Source: the human T2T-CHM13v2.0 reference genome, Homo sapiens
Assembly (NCBI RefSeq): GCF_009914755.1
Contig: NC_060935.1
Length of the DNA stretch: 64,000 nucleotides
Reading direction: 5' to 3' (one strand)
Of this stretch, positions 29,421 through 43,924 are shown one piece after another. The position numbers were made by a program, and so were the translations under genes. The notes below the pieces were generated by a model, which saw only the letters and a program-made list of their open reading frames with translations, ran no database searches and had not been told where the DNA came from. How positions within the stretch are numbered: the stretch's first letter is position 1; each line of letters begins with the position of its first letter.

Positions 29421-32400
29421 TGGAGTCATGATGTAATAATAGTAACACTGGTATTTATTGAGCACTTACTCTGTGCCAGGCACTGTGCTCGGTACTTTCT
29501 GAGGGATGGGAATTAAAATCCCCAAGCTACAGGCTCAGAAAAGTGAAATAACTAGCCCAAGGCCACAAAGCTAGCTTTATTTGCTTGAACTAGGAGTAAA
29601 AACCACCCCCAGGTTTTCCTAACTCCAATTCTCTACTCTCATGAGGGCAGCCACAATATACCCCTGATGAAAAAGCCTTCAGTTGGCCTTTGCTTTCAGG
29701 ACAAAGTGCAACCTCCCTAGGAAGGAGTGTGTCTGTGGTCTTCCTAACTACTGGGCAAGTCCTTAGAGGCTCAGCCAGAGCCTCATCCTTTCTTTCCATT
29801 CTGTTGGCACTTACTGGGCACTTTATATCTGCAAGCCTCTGTGTGCAGGATGATGAAGGATTGGCAGAGCCAATGAATAGTTTCCCTCTTTATATTTCAC
29901 GACTGTTCTGTAGCAACTGATACCTTGGCCACTCTCTCCTTTGAGTTCTATAAAACCACTTTTCAGGTTTTCTTCCCACTCTTGTGACCATTTCTTCTGT
30001 TTCTTTTGCAGACTCCTCTTCCTGTCTTTAAGATTATTAGGTGCTACCTAGAGTTCGAGTCCAGCACAATTCCACCTCTCCAGGAGCTCATGGAGACAGG
30101 AGGTCACAGACTGAGTGTCATCAGTGTGCTGAAGGAGGGACAGGCGGCACTGGGGGGCTCAGGAAGGAACAAAGTGCTCAGGGACTTGTTCGCCTAGCCT
30201 AGCCTTCCTGGCCCAGCCCCACTGAGTTGCTTTCTCTGGCGCTCAGCACTGAGCGGCTCTGCAAGGGCTGAGGAGCCAGTGGCAGACAGCATCCTCCCCT
30301 CCCCCCAGAGCTAAACCACAACGGAGGCAGAAAGGGAGCTGCAAAGAAGCAGTGGAAAGGTCTGTCCTTTCTTAGCCTCAAGGGGAGCTCTGTCACTAGA
30401 TATGAGCTGCAGTGGAAGGGAGGGTTAGGGAGAGACCTCTGGAAGGGGAAGACTGGCAAAGAGAAGAGCTTCTGCTTTGGATAGGAAGAAAGAAATGGGA
30501 GAGAGAAGAGGAGGGGCAAGAGGAGAGAAGGTGACAGAGGAAGACAGTGGAAGAACGAACAGAGTGAGATTAGCCTCTTCAAACAAGTGCTGTCAGTGAT
30601 CTATATTTGCTTACAGAATGAAAAATGTGTGCCATAAACATTGGCCACTGAGTAATTTCTAGTAGGAGTCGTGTCACTTCTCATAAAGGATGGGATGGGG
30701 ACAGGTAGGACATCTCTGCACCTGGGCCAGCCAGCACAGGGGCTCCTTTTAAAGCAGTACGGCGCCTGTCTCCAGCCCAGGAGGCTCTCAGGTCAGGCTC
30801 CACCTGACCATTCACGGAGAAGGCTCCCCAAGGTTCTGGAGCCTCAGGGCAGCATGTCTGCCCCCACTTTAGGAAGGCTGAGGCAGGGGTACCATGGATA
30901 GTGTCCATCTAATATTAGTACCCCAGCCCTGCACCCTCGCTCTGACTTGACTAATTGCTGTAATAATTGATAGAACCTGACTTCTACCACTGATCGATTT
31001 CACCTCCACGACCAACGGCCACAAACCATTACAGTCCAATAAATAACCACGTTGGGCCTCACCCGCCTGCCCTCTCCAGGGGCATCAGGATGGCCCGTGC
31101 CCTGGCCTGACCTCCCCTTGCCTCCCACCCAGGGCCCCTTCGGGCCAAGCAGCTGGTCTAGAGGGCCAGGCCTCTGGGAGCAAGTGAAAGGGCTGGATGG
31201 AGGTGGGGAATGCTAATCGCAGGCCATCCGTCACCTCCCACTGGCTGTCTGGGGCTGGGGCAAACACCTGGAGCACCCCAGGCAGTGTGGTACAGGACCC
31301 CTCCCCTCCTCTCCCTCTCCAGATTAGTGTGTCCCAGCTTATAATATTTGATAAATAGCAGACTGGCTTCCTGGCAGCACTGCTGCGGCTGCGCCTGCCC
31401 GCTACAGCTGTGGAAGGTCACTCATTGGGGAAATATGTTTCTGTCAGTGGTATTGAAAAAAGTTTAGTGGAGTGACAGGCCTCAATTTTTCAAATTTTAT
31501 TAACTCCATCCTCTTAACCATTTGTCTTGAATTCCTTCAGATTCTGGGGGATCTGTCAATAGGGCCTAGGCCAGGAAAGTAGTGTGGGGGGGTGGGTGGT
31601 CGTGGGGCTGATGCTGATTGGTGCCACTATGGCTGGTTTGGACCTCATCACCCAGGGCAAGGTAAAGCAGTGGCAATGGTGTTGGTGGGAGTGAAGGCCT
31701 GGCTCACTGGTGCTGAGGGAGCCCACTCCTCTTCTCTGGTTCAGTACCTGCTTTTGATTTGACGCAATTATTGACTCTCCAAGTGGAAAAATGGTGAGTT
31801 CTTCCAATTCCCTAAGAAGATACTCCCTTCTACTACATCTCAAACGGGTGGTCACTCGGGCTCCTCTGAATGTCCCCAGTACCCAGCCCCAAGCTCATGG
31901 CTCTCCCAGGGGTGTCCCCCATTTAACTGAGGGCAGATTTTTCATATATGAGTCCCAGATTCTCTCACCAACCCCACTTCCATCTTGGTTCTGAAAACAC
32001 CTGTTCATCTTTTAAGACTCAGTCCTAGCTTCTCCTCCAGGAAGGTTTCCTTGTTTCCCTTCCACCCCAGGTTGGGTACCATCCTCTCTGCTCCCATAGG
32101 TCTTTCGGCTTCCATCTTACTGCATTGGCCACCCTGCATTAAAGTCTGTCTCATCTAAGACTGAGAGTTCTTAGAAGCCAGACACTGTGTTTGATACACT
32201 GCCATATATCCTTGCATGGGATGGGAGCTCAATAATATTTGCCAGATGATTGAACCGTATTCTCTCCAGGTGCCATCTTCTGAGGCCACACAGAACATGG
32301 CTGTTCTTTCTGCCCCAGGAGAACCTTTATGATAGCAATACAAAACCATGTACCTTTTTCCTATAGACCAAAGTCCCCAGTTTCTTTGCTGGTCCCAGAA

Positions 32401-32687
32401 GCCTCTCTGCCTGGTTGGCAGAAGAGGTCAGGTCAGGCCCCGGTACCCTCTATGCTCTGTAGGTGCGAAGTGGGGAAGAAGTGGTTGGAGAGAGAGGCCC
32501 ACCTGCCTTTCCTAGGGAGAGTGCTGAATCCCACCTAGGGAGGTGGGATTCAGATCTTCTCTGTGCTGGTGGGAAAAGCTCATAAGCTGAGGGGGTGGGA
32601 GGAGGCTTGTCACTCCCTCCTCCCTTGACACTACTCTGTCCTGGCCCTTGCCTACCTCAAATAAGATAATGTGTATAAGAGGGCTTA

Positions 32688-32711
32688 ACAACAACAACAA
32701 TAACAACAACA
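32688..32711. repeat. (AAC)n microsatellite, one interruption
   Basis: acaacaacaacaataacaacaaca. Confidence 0.85.
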
Positions 32712-35224
32712 GTAAATGCCCTATATAAATGTGTCGGCCTATTATGATTAACATTGACATTCATGCCCCTCCCCACCCCCGGTTCTGTCAGCACACTGAT
32801 CTTCTAGTGATACGATTCCACTACAGTTCCCATGACTCAGCCCTTCCCTCTGAGAGCACTGGGCTGGGGAGCCAGTGAGGGGCCGCCTCTCCCAGCTGTG
32901 TGATCCAGGGCACTTGCTCTACTTCTCTGGTGATAATGACTGCTGCCCTACCTACCACCTACCACTAAGGGCTTTGTGAGGACTAATTAGATTAACAAGT
33001 TCAAAAATGATTGGAAAGAAGGATTAGACAGGTGTACAATGTTCTTTGTAATAACTTTTACATTCACTCTTGCTTTCCATATTTATTGCTAGTGGCTTTA
33101 CCACCTTCATCCTCATTGTCACTATTTCAGCAGTCTGTTGACTATCTCAAATTAGAAGTTTTGGTTGAAACTTCTGATTATGGGAAATCCTTCCCATGAT
33201 CAGAGACATGTCAATGTGGACTGATCCATTCTTTTCCGTTATGAGCTCCCCATCAAGGAAACATTGAGAGAGAGAGTGGCAGGATGACCACATATGAGCA
33301 GCCATGCACCTTCCCGGTGTCCACGCTCAGCTCCACTCTGTCCCCACCTGTGGTCTCTCCGATTACCCAGATCCTGCCCATTCTTCAAGGCCCAGTTCTC
33401 TCCTCCTCCAGTGATCAGTGCTCTCCCTTCTGGGCTCCTAGTGTCCTCCCTACTTACTCCTTTTCCTGGCCCTCAGCCTCAGGGTCCTGGCCTGCCACTT
33501 TCATATCTTGGTTTAGTCTTCACATCCAGTATGTATGGGGCTACTCAAGTCAGAGCCAATTCTCCTCTACTTTCCCAGAGGCTGAAGGTGAGAGAGAAGA
33601 GACTTGTTGAGAATGCTGCAGGAAGCACAGAAGAACTGGGAATAGAGCTCTGGTCTTCTGATATCTTGAGCTTTTTCTATAAACCACACCACTGAGCCCT
33701 GCTCAACATACGTATGTACACAGACATTCACACTTGCAGATATGCCCCCGCCCCCCTGCCCCTGTAATGAAAAATACTTACTGGGCACTTGTTATGTGCC
33801 ATAGCCTGTGCTGACAACGGCCATGGATTTAACAATTTGGTGAAGACAGCAGGAGACATTATTATTTTTTCTAGTTTACAGATGATTTAACTGAGTCTAG
33901 CAGAAGAGCAAGGGGAAAGGTGACAGGCTAACATTTGTTGGGTATAATGCCTTTATATACAGTGTCTGAATTATTCATCAAACAAAGATTCTGAGAAAGT
34001 AGAGGCTCAGAAAACTAAAATAATTTACCCATGGTCATACAGCAGATAAATAGTAAAGCTGGGATTTAACATGGGGATTTATTATACTATTCTCTCTTTT
34101 GTACATGTTTGATATTTTACATAATAAAAAGTATTTTTTTAGGAAAGGAAGCCAGGTCTGATTTTCCACTACAAAATGCTACCTTCCAAAGGCCTGATGA
34201 CTCAAAAAGAGAGAAAACTCATCTTTTTTCCTCTCTTCCAGTGTGCTCAGATGCTCCAAAGCTAAGATAGGGGCATTTCTAGAGGTAGATTTGGGATAGA
34301 CAGCTTTGTAGAAAGGGGACAAGATGAGGCTCCCTTTCCTCCCATTCAGGGCTTCCCTGTCTGGGGGCCAGGGGAATGGTGACACACATTAAGTAACCTC
34401 TCAGAAGGTCATCCACAAGTCCCAACCCCCCAGTGGACATGCTCTGATATGATCCCTTGCCTTCAGGGAGGCAGATTTCTAACATTCAGGGAACAGAGAG
34501 AGTTTTAATGGAATGGATCCAGACATTCCCCATTCCACTGTATGGAATCAGACTTGTTCTTGCCCTTGGGCAGAACTCAGAGTAGTGAAAGACAGAGAGG
34601 GATAGAAATAATGTCATTATACTACAGGGGAGTGAGGAGATGAGGATGTCAGGGGAGTGAGATGAAGATGATGATTCTTCCCCCTACCCCCCTGGTACAA
34701 GGGAGCTAGGCATCGTGTAGCTGAGGAGGTGGGAAACCACAGCACCAGCTGGAGAAGAGCAGAAGATACTACACTGAGCACTAAACAAAAAAGGACTGGA
34801 GAAGTGGAGAAGCCTGGGGAAAGGAAATTAGAGCTCAAGGTCACAGAGACTATGAGTAGGAGAGTGGGAGCTAGAACCCACGCCTACTAGTCCAGGGCTC
34901 TTTCCACCTACACTGTCTCAGCCTCTGCCCACCCCATAGCTTTCACTTCCTTAGCACCCACTGGAAGGACTGGCCTATACTGGGCTACCACTGTTCTCTT
35001 CTGTGGTGCCAAACTCATCTTTGCCCATCACTCAGACTTTATGTTCTGCAGACTCGGGTTCATCTTCCCTGCCCTGAAGCTCTTCCAGGCCACTCAAGCC
35101 TACAGATCACTTCTTCCTTTGAACCGCTAGAGTTATTACCTGATCACAGACTTTCACACATAGGTCTTGTCTCCACAATCAGATGTATGACCAAGAATGC
35201 TTTGTGAATGGCTAGAAAAGGAAT

Positions 35225-36010
35225 GATGATGATCACTAGGCATCAGGATGGGTTCGCAGAAGCCAAGTCATGCCAGACTAACCTCTCCTTTCTTTATCAG
35301 GATGACCTATTTGCTCAATCAGGTACAATTAGGCCAAATGTGGACTTCATGAGACATCTGATGGGATGTCTCAGGATAATCCTGTGGTCACAATGGAGAA
35401 ATGTGGGCTGGATGCCAGTACCACATGGAATGCTAGTAAATGACTGATGGACTAACCAGACCCAAGGAGGTGGGTCACTGATGGATCAGAGGTCTGGAAG
35501 GAGTTTCCACTGGCAGCAAACACTTGGTCCTTGTTCAGCATGTTTATCTATGACATGGATATCACAGGGACATCTTCCTCATCAAATCTGCAGATGTAAT
35601 TAAGGTGGGAAGGGTACCAAATACACCAGATGGAAGATTGACATTAAGAGCTAAAGCAAATATGATGCAAGTTAGTGGAAATAAATAGGAAGTCATAGGT
35701 TTGGAAGAGAAAGTGAGGATTGTTCTGGGAAATGTGATTGAGAAAGGAAAGGGTTTAGAGGGCACCTGAGAAAAATAGTTTAAGGAAGTAGAGGGTTTAG
35801 GCTGGACATTTTCAGATATTTCAAGGGCCATCATGTTAAATTGGGATTAGATTCATTCTACATGAATCCAAGGGTAATATTAAAACCCTGAGAAGCAGAT
35901 TTTGGCTAAATTTCTAACCATGGGAACATCCGAAAATAGAATATGAGCAGCCTCAAGAGCAACTGAGTTCTCCAGCACTGAAAGTGTTCAAGCATTAAAT
36001 GGACAACCGC
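35225..36010 (+). mobile_element. L3/CR1 LINE fossil containing reverse-transcriptase motifs
   Basis: Translates to HQDGFAEAKSCQTNL, VDF, LFSMFIYDMD and LIKSAD, matching CR1 RT motifs QHGFxxxKSCxTNL / LDF / LFNIFINDLD / KFADD in order; L3-like 3' end tgagttctccagcactgaaagtgttcaagca. Confidence 0.85.
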
Positions 36011-37310
36011 TTAGGAGGTTTCCTACTTATATACTGGTTTACAGATTTTTTTTCAAGATTAATTGTTATCCATTCAAAGATATTTTTTTGAGTCTTCTAT
36101 GTGTTTGGCACCATGGTAAGTGCTAGGGATACAAAAGTGAGTAAGAAGATACTGTTCTTGCTTTTCAGGAGTTCCTGATCCAGTTGAGGGGAGATGGACA
36201 AGTTTATTTCAGTAGTATCTTGTGCTTTGATTACAGACCTCAGCACATGGAAGCCTGGCTTTAGTTTAGATTAAGTCAGAGTTCCTGTGGAAATTCAAAA
36301 ATGCGTTTGGTTACTAAAGGCCAGTAACAGTTTAATCAAGGCCAAATCACTTGCTTAAACTTACTACTGGCTGTGAGAATGTAAGTGTACAGTGAAACAG
36401 AATTTGTGCATTTTTGTGCATGACATTTTGCTCTTATACCTTGAGTTTTGGTCTTTGGCTGGGACTTGTTTATGAACCTACAGATTGTCTTACAAGTGGC
36501 TGTGGTGTCAGGGTGAAATGATTTAGCCAGCAGGGCTACCCAAGTCTCCATTTCTTACCCACCCTATGGGGACTGCTTCAACACAGACATAAACATGCTC
36601 CTGCCGTTACCTTATTGCACTCGTCACACGGGGAGGCTAGAAGGCTTGATTCAGGGATATGATTGGATTTTAAATCCCAGTCTCACAGGATTTTAATTAC
36701 TGGTTTGGGGCAGCAGAGATAGGCGCTGGCTGCCTTTGGATGGAGGAGGTCGATACACCAGTCCACGACATATTGAGCCACAATGCCTGCAGACTCTATT
36801 GCTCTATTTAATCATCTTTTGCAAAATTTACAGTGGAACAGGAGGGATCGATACGGAATTTATCACATTCTCTTGTAAATATGAGCCAGGAAAGAGTTCC
36901 AGGCAGTTTGTTACTGAGTGGGAGGGAACATGTCTGTGTACAGCTGGGCATTAGGAGATGAGACAAAATCCATACTTCTTGGCATAAGCTACAGACATTC
37001 AGCCAGTCCCTCTTACGCCTGAAGGCAAGTTCAATGGGTAGAATGCTGATTCATTCATTCATTCAACCAAGCAACCAACCAACATTCTAGATTACCTATT
37101 TTATGCCAGACCCTACAGAGGACAGGGTGGACCCTAGAGAGCTCTGGGAACATACACTGGAATTCTGCTTATGAGATCCTAATCATAGCTATAATAACAC
37201 AATGGCTCTGCCACTTAGTGGTGAACCTTGGTTGTTACTGAACTGCTTGGTGCCCTTGTTTATGCATATGGAAATGTAGATAATAAGAGTCCCTAACTTA
37301 CAGAGTTATT

Positions 37311-37573
37311 ATTATTATTTTTTGAGCTGGAGTCTCGCTCTGTCGTCCACGCTGGAGTGCAGTGGCACGATCTCGGCTCACTGCAAGCTCCATCTCCTGG
37401 GTTCACGCCATTCTCCTGCCTCAGCCTGGCACCACGCCCGGCTAATTTTTTGTATTTTTAGTAGAGATGGGGTTTCACTGTGTTAGCCAGGATGGTCATC
37501 TCCTGACCTCGTGATCCGCCCACCTCTGCTTCCCAAAGTGCTGGGATTACAGGCGTGAGCCACCGCGCCTGGC
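37311..37573 (-). mobile_element. AluY-like with an internal deletion of about 30 bp in the right arm
   Basis: gcaagctcc, ttcacgccattctcc and gttagccaggatggtc diagnostics; ctcagcct joins directly to ggcaccacg. Confidence 0.92.
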
Positions 37574-37899
37574 AAGTTATTTTAAGTATTAAAAGAGAGA
37601 AAAGCCTTAGTCCAGAGCTTTTATCAAAAAATGGTAACTGTTGTTATTTTTCCTTCAATTACTATTACTAACCATTCCTTCCTACAGTGGATAGGGTGTT
37701 GAACAGGGAGCCGGCTACCCTACCTCCTTAATAGACAGAAGGGAGACTGGATGGCCTTCCCAGGTTAGAGATCTGGTCAGGGCCACCAGCAGCAGAATCA
37801 GAGGAGCAAGAGGAAGAGGGTGTGTAAGGAGGAGATTCATGTTAAGCTCTGTTTTTTGAAGCTTCAATTGCAATCTTTAAAACAATAAAATAGTCTCCT

Positions 37900-38600
37900 A
37901 AAATTGCTGTGGGGGAACAGAGTGAGAAGTGATTCACTTCATGTAGGCCAACCATGGAAAGTTATACATTAAAGATATAAATGAGTTGGATCTTGAAGGC
38001 TAAGTAGGAGTTTGATAGGTGGAGAAGTGGGGAAAGGATATTCCAGGCAAAGTGAATGAGGACAGGTTTGGAGGCAGGAAAAACTATGCTAGGTAGTGAA
38101 CAGTTCAGTGGGCCATAGGCAGAGACAGTTCCTGTCTCCCAGGCCTACTTGGCTGCAGGCATCCTCCTGGTAGGCCCACAGGATGATCCCAATCCTGAAG
38201 CAAACCATCATCCTCATCCTCTCTTGGAAACTGGTGGCAGAAGTCACTTTAGAGTGACTGCATGCTGGGTTAAACATCTGGGCTTAATTTATAGGCAGTG
38301 GGAACTGCTGAAGGTTTTAAAGCAGGAAAGTGACATGGTTTTGTGAGATGGAGGCTGGTTTGATGGGATCCTAGAGGTAGGAAGAACAAGGCTGTTATAA
38401 TAGTCCAGGTGAGAGTGATGAAGCCTGAATTAGAGAAGTGGGGACAGAGGAGAGAATGGGCTTAAGATGAAATTCTAAGAAAGACAGGGCTTGGTGGAAA
38501 GTGAGGGAGAAGTCATCAGACATAACACTTCCTAGTTTGAGCGACCAGTAGACAACCATACTATTCATCAAAGAGAACATGGAAGAAAGTGTGAGGAGGT
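37900..38600. mobile_element. L2 fragments
   Basis: tgagttggatcttgaaggctaagtaggag; taggcagtgggaactgctgaaggttttaaagcaggaaagtgacatg; tagtccaggtgagagtgatg. Confidence 0.65.
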
Positions 38601-40522
38601 ATGGATTTGGACGCATTGAGGATGAGAGATGTCTACGGAATATTAAGCATCAACAAAGCTATGGAAGACATGAAAATGCCTGGTTTGTTCTACGGAAAAT
38701 AGGTAGATCAGTGTGGTTAGAAAGAGGTGGTATAAAAACCATGGAAATGAATATTCAAACATAACAGAGTTAGACAAGGAAAACAGCAAAAGCAAAAACT
38801 CCTGCCAAGGATCTCTGGTCAATGCAAAGCTAACGTAGAGGTTTTCTAACGGTGGATAATGCTCTGAATAGCATGTGACACAGGCAAAGAAGTGAGGATC
38901 CTTAGCTCATTTTCATTTTGGACAAGTCCCAAAATGAAAATGTTCACGACTTTCCTGGAAGTCGTGGGCTTTCAAGAGGCCAGCCCTACTCCTCCTTATC
39001 CCCACAGTATAGCACAGACTCTCCTCAGAGGTGGCAGCAGGTTCTATGGCCAGAGAGCAGCTAGGAGCAACTGTCAGTGGGGAGGGAAAGGCTCTGGATA
39101 AAGCAGAGTTCAAAGTGCACTATCAGAGCCAGGGTCCTCAGGCCTCTGCAGTCTTCCCTCCTGCAAATGACAGCTGAGACCAAAGCATCCGAGCCTGGGG
39201 TCTGGGCTGAATTTAGCAGTCATAATTACACTGTTAACGTCTGGGGCACAGCCACAGTCTCCGTAGAAGGCGGCAGCTTTTGTTCATGCACTAAAAACAC
39301 ATCATCTTCAAACATGCTAATCCTACGTCTGCTTCCATCTAACAACATTGAAAGGAGGCTGAGGAAAGGGCACACAATGCCCACACATCTGGCTAATTCA
39401 GTTATGAGGCCAATCAATCTTGATGGGTTGTCTACGAGACCCCAACCACCCCAAAGGACTGAGCTGACCAGATGTTTAAGCTTCTGTTGACCAATCCTAG
39501 CCTAATGTGCAGGGCAGAGAAGAGGGGTTATCAAGAGATGACTTTTGCTTCCACTTACACATCTATTCCCAAAGCCAAGTAGAGCCCTCTGCTTGGATGA
39601 AAAGTATCAGCACATTAAAGTAGTGGTTGAGCCAAGCTCACTGGAATGAGGTACACTCAAATATACAGACTTTCAGTCTGAACTCAAGGAAGATAGGAAG
39701 CCTTATTTATGGCTGCCTTTGTGAACACTCACAGCAACAGAAACCAATGAAATATTTTTTGCTAATTGCACTTCCCTATATGGAGAGAATCGGAAATGTG
39801 GGGGTGGGGGAGGTAGTATCTTCAACTATAATATCAAATGTTATAGGCTACGGTTCTGGGAACAGGAACTGTTTTATCTGCTGATACCTGCTTTCATTCA
39901 AGGCTGAAGGAATTACTCATCTCCCTCATAAAACATTTGCTTTTTAAAAAAACCAGAAGCTTCTGCCAACAAGGACTCTTCCAGTTTATGCACCTTCTTT
40001 TATGCCCAACCACAGTCACCAGGCAACCATCACCAAAAATAAAAGTGGAAAGGTGGTGGGAGGCTAGGAGGAAGGGGAGAGGACAGGGATAGACTACAAA
40101 CACCAGGAGGACCACTTTGACCCAGAGCTCCTTGCTGTTGCTAGTGATTCCATTTTTTTCAAGATGCTTTTCCCTCATTAATTCTGAGGATTTCACCAAG
40201 TTTGTCCCAGAATTGAGGATGCATGACAAAACAGATGAATGGTCCTGGGTAAAAGAAACTTCCAACTTATTAGAAAGTAGTGAGAGAGAAGCAAAGATTA
40301 AAAATGAGATCTTTATTGTGATACCCTGTGCCCAGAACAGTAATTGGCACTCAGTAGGAGTTTAAAAAATACCTGCTGACTGAATAATTATGGCCCCATT
40401 ATGACACAGCTGAGCTGTGCTCCTTCCATTTCTGTTTGTCAGGAGAGGCCTCCTATGGTCATGGGCAATACTGCTCGACAAAACCACTGCCCACAGATCA
40501 GGAGAGTCTTCCTTCAGCCTGA

Positions 40523-40968
<446 letters not shown>

Positions 40969-42608
40969 TTCTTTTCTACCTTGATTTCCATGATATGCAA
41001 TATCCATGACTTTCTCTCCTTTGCAGTTCATTCTTCTTTTCCAAGTTATTGAGTGTCACCGAAGCCCGAGTCCTCAGCCCTTATTCCTTTCTCTCTCTAG
41101 GCATTCTCCTTTAAAAAACAGCTCCGATTTGTTTAAACTGCCCTAGTGGTTCTCACTCCTGGCTATATATTAGAATCACATGGGAAGTGTTAAAACCATA
41201 TCAATCCAAAGTAGGATAAAATATTTCTATATATCACAGATAAAGGGCTAATATTCTTAACATAAACAGAAATTTTAAAAATCAAGAGAAAAACAAGACC
41301 AAAAGTCCTATAGAAAAGTGGGCAAAAGACACAAATAGACAATTCACAAAAGGAGATATAAAATGACCGCCAAACATATGAATTGATGTTCAAGTTCACT
41401 TATAATAAGATAATCAAACTAAAATTACAATGAGATACTATGTCTCACCTTCATATTGGCAAAAATCCAAAAGCTTGACAATACACTCTGTTGGAGAGGC
41501 TACAAGGAAACAGACCCTCTCATACGATGCTAATGGAAGTGTAACATGGTACAACTCGTACGGAGGAGAAGCTTGGTAATATCTAACCAGAGGACGTATG
41601 CATTTACCCCCTGACCCAGCAATACCACTTCTAAGACTTTACTGTAAAGGCATACCTCCAACAAGACCAAAATATATATGCATAAGGTTATTCATTGTAG
41701 CATTATTTGTAACTGCAAAATATTGGAAATCTCAAGGTCCAAGTATAGAATACATGGAATATACATACAATGAAGTATTATGCAGCTATTAAAAATGAGG
41801 AATATCTCTATGAATTTACATGAAGTGATTTTCAAGAAATATTGTTAAGTTAAAAAAGCAAACTGCAAAGCGACATATACAGTATGCTACCTTTTGTGTA
41901 GGCAGAAAAGTGAAATAAGAGAACATACAAATATTTGCTTATACAAAGAAACACAGGGAGGATAAACCAGAAAACAACAAAGCTAATTATTTACAAGGGG
42001 TTAGGACTCACTGAGAGGGACAGAAGCAGGTTGAAAGGGATACAGGAGGGAGGTTTACTTCTCTGAGTATACCTTTTGGTACCTTTGACTTTTAGAAATG
42101 AGATAGTGCTCTACATATTCAAACAATAAAATTAAATCAATCAGGATACGTAGGGGAGAAAAATCCTAAAACTGAGAGCAAATTGAAAAATTAACCCAAC
42201 TGTATTTCAAATGAAGAGCATAAACACACTGAAGGGGGAGAAAAGAACCCTAGTAACTTAGGAACCCAGTATTTGACTATATACTCTCAGCCTTGGATAG
42301 ACTAGGGGTGAGAACTGCAAACAAATCCTGACCTGAACTTTTAAGGAGATTTGTTTTCTACAGTGGCATGGGTAAAGCAGTTCTGAAGCTTTTTAAGATG
42401 TATTATAGGATTGAGCAAATGAGTAAATAAATAAATGTATCAACGTTATTTGCAGCTACCATTGTCACTAAGGAAGAAGGACATATTAATATGAAATGTG
42501 TGAAGACACGAAAGAACCCGTCAGGATTAACTAGAATGTGGGGCAGATGAGGGGGCAGGCAGTATTGGTGTTTTCAGGATTACTAACATATGTAGGTGCA
42601 TAAGAATA

Positions 42609-42717
42609 GCTCGTGCTTACAGTCCCAGCTACACGGGAGGCTGAGGTGAGAGGATCACTTGAGGCCAGGAGTTTGAGAGCAGCCTGGACAACATAGCTAG
42701 ATGCTGTTTCTTAAAAG
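42609..42717 (+). mobile_element. FLAM/Alu monomer fragment
   Basis: gtcccagctacacgggaggctgaggtgagaggatcacttgaggccaggagtttgag. Confidence 0.8.
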
Positions 42718-43151
42718 CAAATATCATCCTTAGTGCATTCACGTTATAAACAAAAAAGTAAACAATATAGAATATCTGTGTGCATATGTATATACATGTA
42801 TGTGTATATTTTAATGGATATGTATATATATGTGTATATACCTATATAAATAGTTCTTGGCTCTATCAACAGAAGGAGCAATGAGTACACTTGGTACTCA
42901 GATTTCACACTCTAGTACAATTATCAACAAAAAAATCCGAGGGCTCCTCAAGAAATAGCTGATTTCAGGGCAACAGCAAGGTAGATACGAGATTAGCCTG
43001 AGACATTTCATTATGTAGAAAAATAAGAAAATGCTATATGTTAAAAAAAAAAAGATGGAGATATGCCACACTGGCCAAATATGAGGCAATGATAGCCCCA
43101 ACATAACTAAGCCTATAATAAATTTTACAACATTAAAATGGTAAGTACCCA

Positions 43152-43467
<316 letters not shown>

Positions 43468-43717
43468 GGTAAGTACCCATGAACACATTTTGACAGTATT
43501 AGAAAATAGAGGGAAAGGGGTTCTTGCTTAGAGAGAATGCCAAGTGCTAACTGGTCAATGTGGAGTACGTGCTGGAGTTAGAAAACATGGAAAATATTCA
43601 TTCGGCAAGCATCACATAAAGATTGGTTCAGGCAAAAACCAGCGATGGGTGCTAATTCTAGGGTAAAATTTTGATGAGGAGCAGGATATTTTTGTGGTCT
43701 TAAAAGTATCTCCTCAC

Positions 43718-43924
43718 AGCCTGGGCAACACAGCAAGACTCTGTCTCTACAAAATTATTTTTTTAACAACTCAGCTAGGCAAGGTGGCTCATAACTCCAG
43801 CTACTTGGGACCCTGAGGTGGGAGGATCACTTGAGCCCAGGAATTAGAGATTGGAGTGTGCTATAATTGTGCCACTGCACTCCAGCCTGGGTGGTAGAAC
43901 AAGACTCTATCTCAAAAACCAAAA
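43718..43924 (+). mobile_element. 5'-truncated AluJ
   Basis: cagcctgggcaacacagcaagac...gaggatcacttgagcccagga. Confidence 0.85.
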
